64,000 nt of DNA from Hemiscyllium ocellatum (GCF_020745735.1 NC_083410.1:2764117-2828116), one strand, 5' to 3'; positions 22,626 through 36,424 are shown, numbered from the stretch's first letter. Notes: generated from the letters alone by a model not told the origin. Numbers and translations: made by a program.

Positions 22626-22904
22626 TTCCATATAAAATTTAACACAAAAAGAAGATAAACATTTAATTTATATGGCATCTTTCTTACCCTCAAGACATTC
22701 ATATAGCTAATAAATTAGAAAACTTGGCAGTCAATTTATGCATAGCAGCCTGCCATATAAGTTGGTGACACAATGATCCGTTTTGGTGCTGTTGGCTGAG
22801 AGATGAATATCAGGCCAGACCTTATCTCACATTCAGGGTGTCAGTATCCCATTAAGGTTATCACTGAGTCATAACATGTGGCTTGACAGAATAAAGATCT
22901 CAGA

Positions 22905-23031
22905 GCTGAAGAAGGGCTCATGCCCGAAATGTCGATTCTCCTGCTCCTTGGATGCTGCCTGACCTGCTGTGCTTTTCCAGCAACACATTTTCAGCTCTGA
23001 TCTCCAACATCTGCAGTCCTCACTTTCTCCT
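22905..23031 (+). mobile_element. PLE terminal-repeat insertion with 17-bp TSD
   Basis: agaataaagatctcaga at 22888-22904 and 23032-23048. The insert starts 1 nt before the CUGAAGA hammerhead core. Confidence 0.85.
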
Positions 23032-23085
23032 AGAATAAAGATCTCAGACAGATTACTGAGAGAGCGGGAAAAGAAATAACTGAGC

Positions 23086-24995
23086 ACCCTCGAACACAGG
23101 AGAGGTCCTGGAGGACTGGAAAATTGCTAATATTGTCCCCTTGTTTAAGAAGGATAGCTGGGATAATCCAGGTAATTACAGACCGGTGAGCCTGACATCA
23201 GTGGGAGGGAAGTTGCTGGAAAAGTTACTGAGGGGTAGGATTTGTTCCCATTTGGAAGGAAATGGGAATATCAGTGATAGGCAGCATGGTCTTGTGCAAG
23301 GAAGGTCATGTCTTACAAACCTAATAGAATTCTTTGAGGAGGTGACAAAGTTGATTGACAAGGGAAGTGTTGTAGATGTCATATACATGGACTTTAGTAA
23401 GGTGTTTGATAAGGTTCCCCATGGTAGGCTGATGGAGAAGGTGAAGTCACATGGAGTCCAGGGTGTTCTCGCGAGGCGGATAGAGAACAGGCAGGGCAAC
23501 AGGAGACACAGAGTGGAAATGGAAGGGAGTTTCTCAAAATGGAGACCTGTGACCAGTGGTGTTCCACAGGGATCTGTGCTGGGACTATTGCTGTTTGTGA
23601 TATTCATAAATGACCTGGAGGAAGGTATTAGTTGCTTGATTAGCAAGTGTGCAGATGACACTAAGGTTGGTGGAGTAAGAGATAGTGAAGGGGGCTGTCA
23701 GAGAATACTGCAGAATGTAGACAGATTGGAGAGTTGGGCAGAGAAGTGGCAGATGGAGGTCAATCTGGGCAAATGCAAGGTGATGCATTTTGGAAGATCC
23801 AATTCAAGAGCAAAGAGTAAATGGAAAAGCCCTGAGGAATACTGATGTAGAGAGAGATCTGGGTGCTCAGGTCCATTGTTCCCTGAAGGTGGCAATGCAT
23901 GTCAGTAAAGTAGTCAAGAAGGCATGCAGCATGCTTTCCTTCATGGACGGGATATTGAGTACAAGAGCTGGCAGGACATGTTATAGAAGTAAAAACAATG
24001 ACTGCAGATGCTGGAAACCAGATTTTGGATTAGTGGTGCTGGAAGAGCACAGCAGTTCAGGCAGTATCCAAGGAGCAGCGAAATCAACGTTTCGGGCAAA
24101 AGCCCTTCACCAGGAATAAAGGCAGAGAGCCTGAAGCGTGGAGAGATAAGCTAGAGGAGGGTGGGGTGGAGAGAGAGTAGCATAGAGTACAACGGGTGAG
24201 TGGGGGAGGGGATGAAGGTGATAGGTCAGGGAGGAGAGGGTGGAGTGGATAGGTGGAAAAGGAGATAGGCAGGTCGGACAAGTCCGGACAAGTCATGGGG
24301 ACAGTGCTGAGCTGGAAGTTTGGAACTAGGGTAGGTGGGGGAAGGGGAAATGAGGAAACTGTTGAAGTCCACATTGATGCCCTGGGGTTGAAGTGTTCCG
24401 AGGCAGAAGATGAGGCATTCTTCCTCCAGGCGTCTGGTGGTGAGGGAGCAGCGGTGAAGGAGGCCCAGGACCACCATGTCCTCGGCAGAGTGGGAGGGGG
24501 AGTTGAATGTACAGTTTGATTAGGCCACATTTAGAATACAGCTTACAGTTCTGGATGCTTTGGAGAGGGTGCAGAGGAGGTTCACCAGGATGTTGCCTGG
24601 TGTGGATGGTGCTAGCTATGAGGAGAGGTTGAGTAGATTAGGATTATTTTCTTTGGAAAGACGAAGGTTGAGGGGGAACCTGATTGATGTCTACAAAATC
24701 ATGAGACAGGGTGGATAGTAAGAAGCTTTTTCCCAGAGTGGGGGACTCTATTACTAGGGGTCACGAGTTCAAAGTGAGAGCAGAAGGGTTCAGGGGAGAT
24801 AAATGTGGAAACTTCTTTACACAGAGGGTGGTGGGTGCATGGAATGCGTTGGCAGTGGAGGTGGTAGAGGTGGGCACGATAGCGTCATTTAAGCTGCATC
24901 TAGACAGATACGTGAATGGACAGGGAGCAGAGGGACACAGATCCTTAGAAAATAGGTGACAGGTTTAGATAGAGGATCTGGATCAGCACATGTTC
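23086..24995 (+). mobile_element. CR1 LINE RT region and 3' end, interrupted by a PLE
   Basis: [44 protein letters not shown]. Resumes at ~24531. Confidence 0.9.
23986..24530 (-). mobile_element. Neptune-type PLE 3' fragment
   Basis: VLGLLHRCSLTTRRLEEECLIFCLGTLQPQGINVDF matches the C-terminus of the 14526-16889 element, followed by the terminal repeat. Confidence 0.88.
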
Positions 24996-25393
24996 TTTGA
25001 TCTTTGTTCCACTTTACCTCCAATCACCAGGAGCATGACACTCCATTGGAAGCATGATGCTCAGTGTCAGCTAATAGCTTAAGGTTAGCCCAAACAGTGA
25101 TGTTGCTGTGAATGTGATTGTATGTCTACAATAACCAGCTGTAATAAACATTGTTAAATCTTTCAACACCACATTACCCATATCCTGAGTTTTTTTACAG
25201 TTGAAAGATAACATAAGCACAACATATCCTCCACATCACGGGCACCGGGCAGAGTTCCCCTGCTCCTTATTGAATTATTGCCACAGTATTCTTAGCGTCC
25301 CCCTGCAAGGGTAGGCAGGGACCTTGGTTTAACACCACAGCCTGTCTGGCAGTGCAGCACTCCCCCAGTTAGTACAGGGACTGGCTGGCAGTT

Positions 25394-25620
25394 AGTGGAA
25401 ACCAGATTCTGGATCAGTGGTGCTGGAAGAGCACAGCAGTTCAGGCGGCATCCGAAGAGCAGTAAAGTCGACGTTTCGGGTAAAAGCCCTTCATCAGGAA
25501 TAAAGGCAGTGAGCCTGAAGCGTGGAGAGATAAGCTAGAGGAGGGTGGGGGTGGAGAGAGAGTAGCATAGAGTACAATGGGTGAGTGGGGGAGGGGATGA
25601 AGGTGATAGGTCAGAGAGAA
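25394..25620 (-). mobile_element. PLE 3' terminal fragment
   Basis: Nearly identical to 24010-24230. Confidence 0.85.
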
Positions 25621-26824
25621 GCACACTCGTCTCGAATCCAGAACACCACACGATGTAGGAGCAGGGCAAGGCCATCAAAGGATTGTTTCAAAATTACAGC
25701 CAATGCACCCACTGTCTCTCTGCAGCAGCGTCTTATAGGATCCTGGGCTGCAGGTCATTAGGGCCGGGGGACATCTCTGCCTTTAGCCCCATTAGGTCAT
25801 CTGATCGTATGTCTCTAATGATACTGATGGCCCTTAGTTCAGGGGGAGGGGGAAACACTGCATTGCCCTCATCTCCTACCCTTTCTGATGGGAACCAGCC
25901 TGTGCACAGCAAGATCCCACAATCAGCAATGAGAAAATGGCCAAAATATCGGTTGACACAGAAGTATCAGTCAGGGTTCTGGGAAGTGTCTGTTTCATTC
26001 AAAACAATGGCCTCTCCCTGTACCACACTGGCGCATCAGCGTGCACTACCTGCTGAATTCTCAGGTGGCATGTTCAAACCCAAGTCTTCGTGATTGAGTG
26101 GCAGCCTCATTGAGACACAACTTACAGCCCTGGGAGCAACAGGCAACATGGTTCCTGGGTGTACCTCACCGTCCGCCTCCCACTCTCTCCCCCCACCCCC
26201 CCACATATCCCCCCCCGCCCCCCCACCACCCCACCCCCCCAGCCCCCAGTGACAGTCACATAGCCATGGAAAGGTTTACTACACCGGCACAAAATGTATC
26301 GAAAGTAACCAAAGGACATTTAAAAACCTTCTATTATTAGAAATTATTAGAGAGACGCCTGTGTTTAATCACCAATGTGATGGAAGCCAGGCACTGTACT
26401 GTACTGTACTGTGTGTACTGGCTTGGATTACAGTGCTGGGTTTGAAATAATTTACAATGAAACATTAAAGATAAAAAGGAAGCTTGAGTTATTTTGAGTC
26501 AAGGGTTATTTTTAACTGGCTTGCAAAGTGTCACTTTCTCATCTGGATTTAACCTTTTGCTGAGTTTGTGTAGAAGCAATAGGATTAAAGGGAGTCCGTT
26601 TATCCCACACATAAACAAGAACCAAGTATTGTAGTGTGTAACATGGGTAAGTGTGAGGTTATCCACTTCAGCAGGAGGAAGAAAGGTGCAGAGTATTTCT
26701 TAAACGGTGAGCGATCGTGTTGGTGTCCGAAGGGAGCTGGATGCCTTTGTAAGTCATTGGAAGCTAGCATGGAGATGGAACCAGCAATTCCAAACTTAAA
26801 GGAATGTTAGTGTCCATCACAGCA

Positions 26825-27148
26825 ATGGCACGGTGGCACAGTGGCACAGTGGTTAGCACTGCTGCCTCACAGTGCCTGAGACCCGGGTTCAATTCCCGAC
26901 TCAGGCGACTGACTGTGTGGAGTTTGCACGTTCTCCCCGTGTCTGCGTGGGTTTCCTCCGGGTGCTCTGGTTTTCTCCCACAGTCCAAAGATGTGCAGGT
27001 CAGGTGAACTGGCCATGCTAAATTGCCCGTAGTGTTAGGTAAGGGATAAATGTAGGGGAATGGGTGGGTTGCGCTTCGGCAGGTCGGTGTGGACTTGTTG
27101 GGCCAAAGGGCCTGTTTCCATGCTGTAAGTAATCTAATCTAATCTAAC
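26825..27148 (+). mobile_element. HE1-type V-SINE
   Basis: Nearly identical to 679-965, with an (aatct)n tail. Confidence 0.9.
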
Positions 27149-28429
27149 AACGTGGTCTTGCTTCAGTTGGAGAAAATGCTGGTGGAAGTGCTGCTGGAGT
27201 ATTGCGAGCACTTCTGGACCCTTTGCCCGAGGAAGGATAGTCTTGCTGCAGAAGTTCATTAGACTGACCCCTGCGATGGTGGGGCTGTCACATGAAGGGA
27301 GATTGAAGAGACTTGGTCTGTAATCTCCAGAGTTTGGAACAATGAGAGGTGATCTTAAAGAAATGTACAATATTCTTATAGGCCAAGACAGGCTCAATCC
27401 TGGAAGGACGTTGGCCTGATAGTAGGGACTGGCCAGGTGACACAGTCAGAGGCTGGTGAATCTTTGGTATTCACTCTTCCAGGGGAAGAGCTGTGAAATT
27501 ATCGAGTAATGTCAAGCCAGAGATCAATAGATTTCTATTTACTCATGAATCACAGAAAATGGCGCTAGAGCTGATGATCAGCCAAATTCTAGAATAGTAG
27601 AGCAGGATTGAGGGGCTGAATGTTCCTCTGATCTTAATCATCGAATGGTCACAGAACCGAAGGAGGCCATCCAGGCCAACATGCCAACACTGACATGAAC
27701 AATTCACCAAGGGCCACTGCTCTGCCTTTTGCCTGTGGCTCAACAATGTGGTTTTTCTCAGGCTGTTCATCAAAGGCCCTCTTCACGGCCTCAGTTGAAC
27801 CTGCCTCCACCATGTTTCCAGGCTGGGTATTCCAGACCCTCACTACTCGCTGGGTGAGAAGGTTAGTCATCTTATCGCAATTGCTTCTTTGGCCAATCAC
27901 CTTACACCCAAATCTCAATCCTTCCACTAATGAGATGTTTCTCCCTCTCATTCTGTCCAGAATCCTCATTGTACTGAACACCTTGATTTTGAACACCTTG
28001 ATCAGATCTCCTTCCCACCTTCTCTTCTCCAGAGAGCTGTCACAGCCTCACTAATCTCTCCACTTCCCTGATGTTCCTCAGTCTTCAGGCCATTCTCATC
28101 AATCCTTGCTGGACCATCTCCAAAGCCCTCATACTCTTTGAAAGTGTGTGATCCAGAACTGGACACTGCTCCATTAGTGTTTAATACAGCTTGAACTAAA
28201 CTCATTGCTCTGTTTTCTATCACCCGATTAATAAAGCCCAGGAGTTTGTATTCTTTTTAACTGCTCTCTGAACCTGCCCTCCCATTGATTCATTGACATG
28301 TCCATCCAAGGCTCTCAGCTCCCTGCACCCCATGGATTTTAATGTCTGACCCTGCATCCTTCATTCATTAATCAGTTCCCACTCGTCATTAATGTTCATT
28401 TAGTTTTATCATGTTTTCATTTGTATCAT

Positions 28430-28737
28430 GGAATGCCTGTAGTGTGGAAACAGGCCACACTGACCTCCCGAAGAGTATCTCAACCAAATCAATTCCCCAA
28501 CCCTGTAACTCTGCATTGGTCCCTGACTAATGCACCTCACCTACTCATCCCTGAACACCATGGGAAATCTGGCATGGCCAATTCACCTAACCTGTGTACC
28601 TTTGGATTGGACTGTGGGAGGAAACCAGAGTACCTGGAGGAAACCCACGCAGACAGTCACCGGAGGCTGGAATTGAACCTGGATCCCTGGCGCTGTGAGG
28701 CAGCAGCTCTAGCCACTGAGCCACCGTGTTGCCCAAT
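28430..28737 (-). mobile_element. HE1-related SINE
   Basis: Reverse complement of the tRNA-like head (ggcacggtggctcagtggctag) and the V-domain. Confidence 0.75.
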
Positions 28738-29754
28738 GTAGGATTAATACTGTGCAATTAGTCTACTTTTGATACTTGTCATTCTTTAATAAATATGGTT
28801 CAATTAACATTGAAAAGAAAATGTTACATAAATAGAGATGCCAAAGATGCGGGATAAATTAAACACTTGGATCTAAAATTTGCAGCTGACCAATTGTTGG
28901 AATCTCTGGAATAAGGTGGTGGTAAACTTTTCATCAGCAGTTAGTGTTGGACAGACTGAGACCTTTTCTCTGACAGAAATGGCTTCAGTTGTCCGAGCCA
29001 GTTCCAGGGGCTGTGAAGGATGTGAGGAGCTTGTGCAGCTGGCAAGGAGATGTGAACCATCCAGGAGGACAGCACAGACTGAGCAAGAGGAGTCAACCTC
29101 CCTCCCTCCCACAATGTTAATATTCACCCCACCACACAATACTGACTCCACTCCCAAACTCCACACTGGACTGGAGAATTTATACTGTTCAGTAATACTC
29201 CCAGCACCCTACACCATTGACAGCAGTCAGCTGTATAGAAATGATCATTTTTGAATCAGTCACCATTCCCCATCCTGACTTGGAAATATATCGCCGTTCC
29301 TTCACTCTCACTGGGTCAGAATCCTGGAATTCCCTCCCTCAGGGCATTTGGGGTCAACCCACAGCACATGGACTGCAGTGGTTCAAGAAGGCAGCTCACC
29401 CCCACCTTCTCAGGGGGCAACTAGGGACAGGCAACAAATTCTGGCCCAGCCAGTGATGCAGACATCATTTGAAAGAAGTTTTTTTAAAACACATTTAAAA
29501 TAAGTCAGGAAAAAATATGATGAATGTTTTAAAAGCTACCCTTTAAAATGGACCAGTTTAAAGAGATTCACATTGAATGTTGTTGCTTAGAGGGAGAGGA
29601 CGGTAACAAGAGAAAGCCCAGTGAGTGGTTTTGTATCGAAATGATGAATGAAGTGTTTTAGTTTACAAATACAGAGAGCAGAGTCAAAAAGCGTGATGCT
29701 GGAATATTACAGCCGCACAGGCAGCATCTGAGGAGTAGGAGAGTCGATGTTTTT

Positions 29755-30585
29755 GGAATTGATTGGATTGCCCAATTGGCTGAGGAGTGGCAGATGGACT
29801 TTAATTTAGAGAAATGTGACGTGTTGCCTTTTAGTCAAGCAATCCATGCAGGACTGACACAGTTAAGGAGCGTGTTGCTGAACAAAGAGACCTTGGAGTG
29901 CAGGTTCATAGCTCCTTGAAAGTGGAGTCGCAGGTAGATAGGATAGTGAAGAAGGCTTTTGGTATGCTTTCCTTTATTGGTCAGAGTATTGAGTACAGGA
30001 GTTGAGAGGTCATGTTGTGGCTGTACAGGACATTGGTTAGGTCACATTTGGGATACTGTGTTCAGTTCTGGTCTCCCTGTTATAGGGAAGATGTTGTGAA
30101 ACTTTGAAAGGGGTGGGAAAAGATTTACAAAGCAGTTGCCAGAGTTGGAGAGTTTGAGCTACAGGGAGAGGCTGAACAGGCCAGGGATATTTTCCCTGGA
30201 GCATTGAAGGCTGAGAGGTGACCTTATAGATGTTTGTCAGGGGCATGGATTGGGTGAGCACCCAGGGTCTTTTCCCCATGTTAGGGGAATCCTAAACTAG
30301 AGGGCATATGTTTGAGGTGAGAGGCGAGTGATTTAAATGGGACCTGAGGGGCAACTTTTTCACGCTGAGGGTGGTGCATGTGTGGAGTGGGCTGCGAGGG
30401 GAGGTGGTGGAGCCTGGTGCAGTTGCGGCATTTGGAGATCATCTGGATGAGTGCGTGAGTTAGGGGGAGTGGGATTTAAAGGGATATGGGACAAATGCTG
30501 ATGACTGGGACGAGATTATTTGGGATATGTGATCAGCATTGACAAGTTGGACCGAGAGGTCTGTTTCTGTGCTGTATGACTCTAA
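29755..30585 (+). mobile_element. CR1 LINE 3' fragment (decayed)
   Basis: gcagatggactttaat...ggagtgcaggttcatagctcc...gtgttcagttctggtctcc...tail. Confidence 0.8.
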
Positions 30586-30884
30586 TCGTCTTTGGTAATA
30601 GCAGAAGTGTGGTTGTGAAAACTGGACTTGCAGAGTAGCTTTCAAAGATGTGTTGCCTTTACTGGGAGCAGAAGAAGTTACAATGAAATCTTTCATTTGT
30701 GAGACAGCAACTGAGTGAGTGGGTGCATCTGGGATTTTGGTGGAAAGTGGGAATTTATTGCACTGTGGGGATGAAATACTTTAAGGTTTACTGGCAGGAA
30801 GTAAAATGTGCTGAGCGGGGAGCCAAGTGAAGGGTTAAGTGGGTTTTTGTTTTAAACTGATTGTTTCTTTCAGCCCCCAACATT

Positions 30885-32066
30885 GTATTTTCAACCGGGA
30901 AAGGTGACAACACAGGTGGGTGACGGTAAGGCAGTTGATGTGGTGTATATGGATTGTAGTAAGGTGTTTGATAAGGTTCCCCACGTTAGGCTATTGCACA
31001 AAATATGGAGTTTTGGGATTGGGGGTGATTTAGTGTTTGGATCAGAAATGGGTGAGCTGAAAGAAGACAGAGGGTGGTGGTTGATGGGAAATGTTCATCC
31101 TGGAGCTCAGTTCCTGTGGTGTGCCGCAAGGATCTGTTCTGGGGCCACTGCTGTTTGTCATTTTTATAAATGATCTGGATATGGACCTGGAAGTATGGGT
31201 TAGAAAATTTGCAGATGACACTAAGGTTGGCAGAGCTGTGGATAGTGCTGAAGGATGTGTGGGTTACAGAGGAACATAGATAAGATGCAGAGCTGGGCGG
31301 AGAAGTGGCAAATGGAGTTTAATGCAGAAAAGTGTGAGATAGTTCACTTTGGAAGAAATAACAGGAATGCAGAGTACTTAGCTAATGGTAAAATTCTTGG
31401 CAATGTCCAGGTTCATAAATCCCTGAAAGTTGTCACCCAGGTTGATAGGGTTGTTAAGAAGACATATGGAGTGTTGGTCGGGGGATTGAGTTTCAGAGCC
31501 ACGAGGTCATGCTTCAGCTGAACAAGGCACCATAAGGCCCCACCTGGAGTATTGCGTACAGTCCTGGTCACCGCATTATAGGAAGGATGTGGAAGTTTTG
31601 GAAAGGGTTCAGAGGAGATTTACTAGGTTGTTGCCTGGTATGGAGGGAAGGTCCTACGAGGAAAGGCTGAGGGAACGGAGGCTGGTGTTCGTTGGGGAGA
31701 AGAAGATTGAGAGGTGACTTAATTGAGACATATAAGGTAATCAAAGGATTAGATAGGGTGGAGAGTGAGAGCCTTTTTCCTCGGATGATGATGGCTAGTA
31801 CAAGGGGGCATAGCTTTAAATAGAGGGGTGATAGATTTAGGACAGATATCAGGGGTAGTTTCTTTACCCAGAGACTCGTTGGGGCATGGAATGGCCTACC
31901 TGCAGTGGTAGTAGACTCACCGATGTTAACAACATTCAAATAGGCATTGGACAAATGTCTGGATAATAATGGAACAGTGTAGGTTAGATGGGCATCAGAT
32001 TAATTTCACAGGTCGGTGCAACATCGAGGGCCGAAGGGCCTGTACTGCGCTGGAATGTTCTATGTT
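30885..32066 (+). mobile_element. CR1 LINE RT/3' fragment
   Basis: [53 protein letters not shown]. Confidence 0.88.
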
Positions 32067-32452
32067 TCGAGCATAAGCTTTTCATCAAGAATGTTTCAAT
32101 TTACAAATACAGAGAGCAGCCAATGTCATACCCATAGTCAAATACAGAGATAGTCTTGGTGAAGGTAACTGGAGATCAGCCACTTTGACCACTGTGGTGT
32201 TTTCCGTTTGTTTTAGTGGGATATGGAGGAGTGGACAGGGGTAATGTAGAAAATGCAATATCTTCCAATTAGAACACAGGAACTGACAACAAACTTTCAA
32301 ACTTTGTGGATAACTGTAGGCTGATTGGGACTGGGGTTTGATGCAGAGGGTGACTGTGACAAAAGACAGGAAGATGTGAATAAACTTGACGGGATGAGTT
32401 TGTAATTCTCAAATGAAATTCAATGGGGAAGAGTATGAGGAGGGGAGAATGC

Positions 32453-33630
32453 ATAGAACATAGAACAGGACAAAAACAGGCCCTTCGGTCCACCATGTCT
32501 GTGCTGACCATGAGGCCATCTGCCTGCACATGGTCCATATCCCTCTATTCCCTGCCTGTTCATGTGTCTGTCTAAATGACACTTAAACCTTACTGTTGTA
32601 TCTGCTGCTACCATCTCCCCCAGCAGCATATTCAAGGAACCTACCACCCTCGTGTAGAAAACTTTTCTTGCACACCTCCTTTAAACTTACCCCATCTCAC
32701 CTTAAATTTATACCCCCGAGTATTAAACATTTCAACCCTGGGAATGAGACTGTGACTGCCCATCCTATCCATCCCCTTAAAAATTTTATAAACTTCTGAC
32801 AGGTCACCCTGCAGCGTCTGACACTCCAGTGAAAACAATCCAAGTGTATCCACCTTCTCCTTGTAGCTTATAAACTCAAACCCAGGTGACATCCTGGTAA
32901 ACCACTTTTGCATCCCCTCCTAGCAATGTTTAAGAGGCATTTAGACAGACACATGAACAGGCAGGGAACAGAGGGACATGGACCATGTGTAGGCAGATGG
33001 TTTAGAAAGTTTAGGAAGGTTTTTACATCCTTCTATAGTGCAACAACCAGAACTCCATCTGCTATTTTTCTGCCCAACTTTCCAACTGATCTTTATCCTG
33101 CTGTAACCTTTCACAACATTCTCACAATCCACAACTCCACCAATACAATTGGTGTTGGAGGTCAGTGGGGTCATTGATAGTTCAAAGCACTGACAATTCT
33201 ACAAGAGTCTAACAATGTCCCTCTTAGATCATCTAAGCAACATATCGCTTCTGTAGTCCTTAACAACATTAGAGATGGCGTGAAGGCTCAGTAAGCTTGA
33301 ACGTTATACGTTAGCCAGAAAAGATCTAAAGAGGGAGCTAAGAAGAGCCAGGAGGAGACATGAGAAGTTGTTGGTGAATAAGATCAAGGAATGCCCTAAG
33401 GCCTTCTATAGGTATATCAGGAATAAAAGAATGACTAGAATAAGATTAGGACCAATCAAAGATAGGAGTGGAAAGTTGTGTGTGGAATCTGAGGATATAG
33501 GGATTAATCAATACTCTTTGTCAGTATTCACATTGGAAAAGGGCAGTGTTAGTGAGAACATGGAGATACAGGCGACTGGATTAGATGGGATTGAGGTTGA
33601 CAAAGAGGAGGTTTTAGCAATTTTGGAAGA
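32453..33630. mobile_element. Cluster of CR1 fragments in both orientations
   Basis: Minus-strand 3' end at 32453-32990. Plus-strand internal piece (KECPKAFYRYIRNKR) at 33290-33630. Confidence 0.75.
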
Positions 33631-33982
33631 TCAGGGATCCCAATGCACGTGGGCAGGGTGGGTGGGAGAGGTAGGAGAGGAAGCACAAAGAGGAGGGTGG
33701 TGTACACAATGGAGAGGGATGGGGTTGATGGGTTCCCTGACACCCCTCCCCAGCCACTGCAATAAGGAACAGGTCAGGAGTCAGGATGGAATGAGAGCAG
33801 GGGCACATCCATTTGATTATTGTGGCCCCCTCCACCCTCCAATCAGCTGGTGGGGTGAGGTGGGGTTGCTCAGTAAAACTGCCCCCATTGGGATCTTGGG
33901 CAGCTGTTTGAGGATTAAATATCCATCTAAACGCTGAAGGTGGTCAGTGACCTGGGGGCCAGTGCTTGGCTCCACAATAAAG

Positions 33983-35192
33983 GCTGTGTCCCCCTCCCTC
34001 CTGATACTGCCTGCCTTGCTGTGTCCCCCTCCCTCCTGATGCTGTCTGCCTTGCTGCGCTCCCTCTCTCTCCTGATGCTGCCTGCCTTGCTGTGTCCCTC
34101 TCCCTCCTGATACTGCCTGCCTTGCTGTGTCCCTCTCCCTCCTGATACTGCCTGCCTTGCTGTGTTCCCTCTCCCTCCTTATGCTGCCTGCCTTGCTGTG
34201 TTCCCTCTCCCTCCTGATGCTGCCTGCCTTGCTGTGTTCCCCCTCCCTCCTGATGCTGCCTGCCTTGCTGTGTCCCCCTCCCTCCTGATGCTGCCTGCCT
34301 TGCTGTGTCCCTCTCCCTCCTGATGCTGCCTGCCTTGCTGTGTTCCCTCTCCCTCCTGATGCTGCCTGCCTTGCTGTGTCCCTCTCCCTCCTGATGCTGC
34401 CTGCCTTGCTGTGTCCCTCTCCCTCCTGATGCTGCCTGCCTTGCTGTGTTCCCTCTCCCTCCTGATGCTGCCTGCCTTGCTGTGTCCCTCTCCCTCCTGA
34501 TGCTGCCTGCCTTGCTGTGTGCCTCTCCCTCCTGATACTGCGTGCCTTGCTGTGTCCCTCTCCCTCCTGGTGCTGCCTGCCTTGCTGTGTCCCTCTCCCT
34601 CCTGATGCTGCCTGCCTTGCTGTGTTCCCTCTCCCTCCTGATGCTGCCTGCCTTGCTGTGTTCCCTCTCCCTCCTGATACTGCCTGCCTTGCTGTGTCCC
34701 TCTCCCTCCTGATACTGCCTGCCTTGCTGTGTCCCTCTCCCTCCTGATACTGCCTGCCTTGCTGTGTTCCCTCTCCCTCCTGATCCTGCCTGCCTTGCTG
34801 TGTTCCTCTCCCTCCTGATACTGCCTGCCTTGCTGTGTTCCCTCTCCCTCCTGATGCTGCCTGCCTTGCTGTGTCCCTCTCCCTCCTGATACTGCCTGCC
34901 TTGCTGTGTTCCCTCTCCCTCCTGATGTTGCCTGCCTTGCTGTGTTCCTCTCCCTCCTGATGCTGCCTGCCTTGCTGTGTTCCCTCTCCCTCCTGATGCT
35001 GCCTGCCTTGCTGTGTCCCCCTCCCTCCTGATACTGCCTGCCTTGCTGTGTCCCCCTCCCTCCTGATGCTGCCTGCCTTGCTGTGTCCCTCTCCCTCCTG
35101 ATCCTGCCTGGTGTGCTGTGTCCCTCTCCCTCCTGATCCTGCCTGGTGTGCTGTGTCCCTCTCCCTCCTGATCCTGCCTGGTGTGCTGTGTT
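33983..35192. repeat. 35/36-bp minisatellite (ctgcctgccttgctgtgtccctctccctcctgatg)
   Basis: More than 30 near-identical units, ending in a PLE-terminal-repeat-like remnant at 35170-35244. Confidence 0.95.
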
Positions 35193-36424
35193 TTCTGAGC
35201 CTCCTGCCTGTCTATTTTGGATTCCAGCATTGGCAGTTTTTTTTGGTCTCTGACCAAGACTGTGGTGGAGATATTTTGTGAGCCCGTTGCTAAGTGGGTG
35301 ACTTCCTCAGGAAGGTGTTTGAGTGACTGCAACTCAATGTTGGGATAACTGGTCGGCACAGACAGGTTGGACCGAAGAGTCTGTTTCCATGCTGTACATC
35401 TCTATGACTCTATAACTGTAACTCTCCAGACAAATCCAGCAGCAGCAACCATAGGAGAACCTTGGACTCTCTTTTGCCCTCAGGATGGAGTTGATGTGAA
35501 TTAAGCAGCTTTTTGCAAGAAAACATCACTTAATATACAACTTGCAGCAAAACCCTTTCAGACTTTAGCAGGAAGGGGTAGCATTGATATCCAGCAACAT
35601 CTCCCTGTTCTGCTTTTGGTGATTATTACAACAGATTCAAGATCAGCTTCTTCCCCGTTGTTATATGGCTCTTGAATGGACTGCTCTAAATTTAAATTTA
35701 ATGTTGATTTCACTGTCTCTGCACCTTCTCTGCTGCTGTAATATTGTAGACCTTGCTCTGTTCTGTTACCCTTATGTAGTTTGTATAGGATGATCTGCCT
35801 GTACTGTACACACAACAAAACATTTCACTATACTGAGGTACATGGGACAGTAATAAATCAAAACAAATCAAATCTTAACATTTTTTCTGACAATGTAATT
35901 AAAATTTGCTCCTCTTATCATAAAGGTAGTAGATCGCAGGGTTGTGCTTATCCATTCACCATCCTACCCTTAGCAATAAACACCAGCAACACCTACATCC
36001 CATGTGTTAATAAGAGCGAGGAAATGCTGAACGAGGAGGGCTATAGGGAGGGAATGCTTCAGGATGTCCTCTTAGAGGCCTTAGTGACAATATGATTGTT
36101 TGGAGAGATGTAGAGAAGGGATATCACTGGTTAGGGCTGGGATAGAATGTTGATTTAAGGCAATCACCAAGAAATCCACTCTCGAATTCTGGAGAATGGG
36201 AGATTCACTCCCACTGGAATTGAGAAGAATGTGAGACTTGCTCCCACAGGAAGTCGGGCATGGTGGGAGTCACTCCCATAGGGAATGGGGGGAAATATGG
36301 GACTCACTCTCTCAGTGCAGCTTCAAGACTTTAGAGAGCGGGGGGAGATGAATTTATATTAATAACCATGTAGCAGAGTCTGTGTATCAGAAAAAAACAG
36401 CTGGGCAGGATAAAAAGTACATGG

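Noticed and set aside
28880-29254. ORFs near 28.9-29.2 kb with AQAPHILHSP similarity to the V2 N-terminus
   Set aside because: No Cys/Trp Ig framework follows in any frame.
33944-35359. 471-aa Q/G/R-rich ORF
   Set aside because: It is a translation of a 35/36-bp minisatellite that lacks stop codons, and the frame cycles with unit length.
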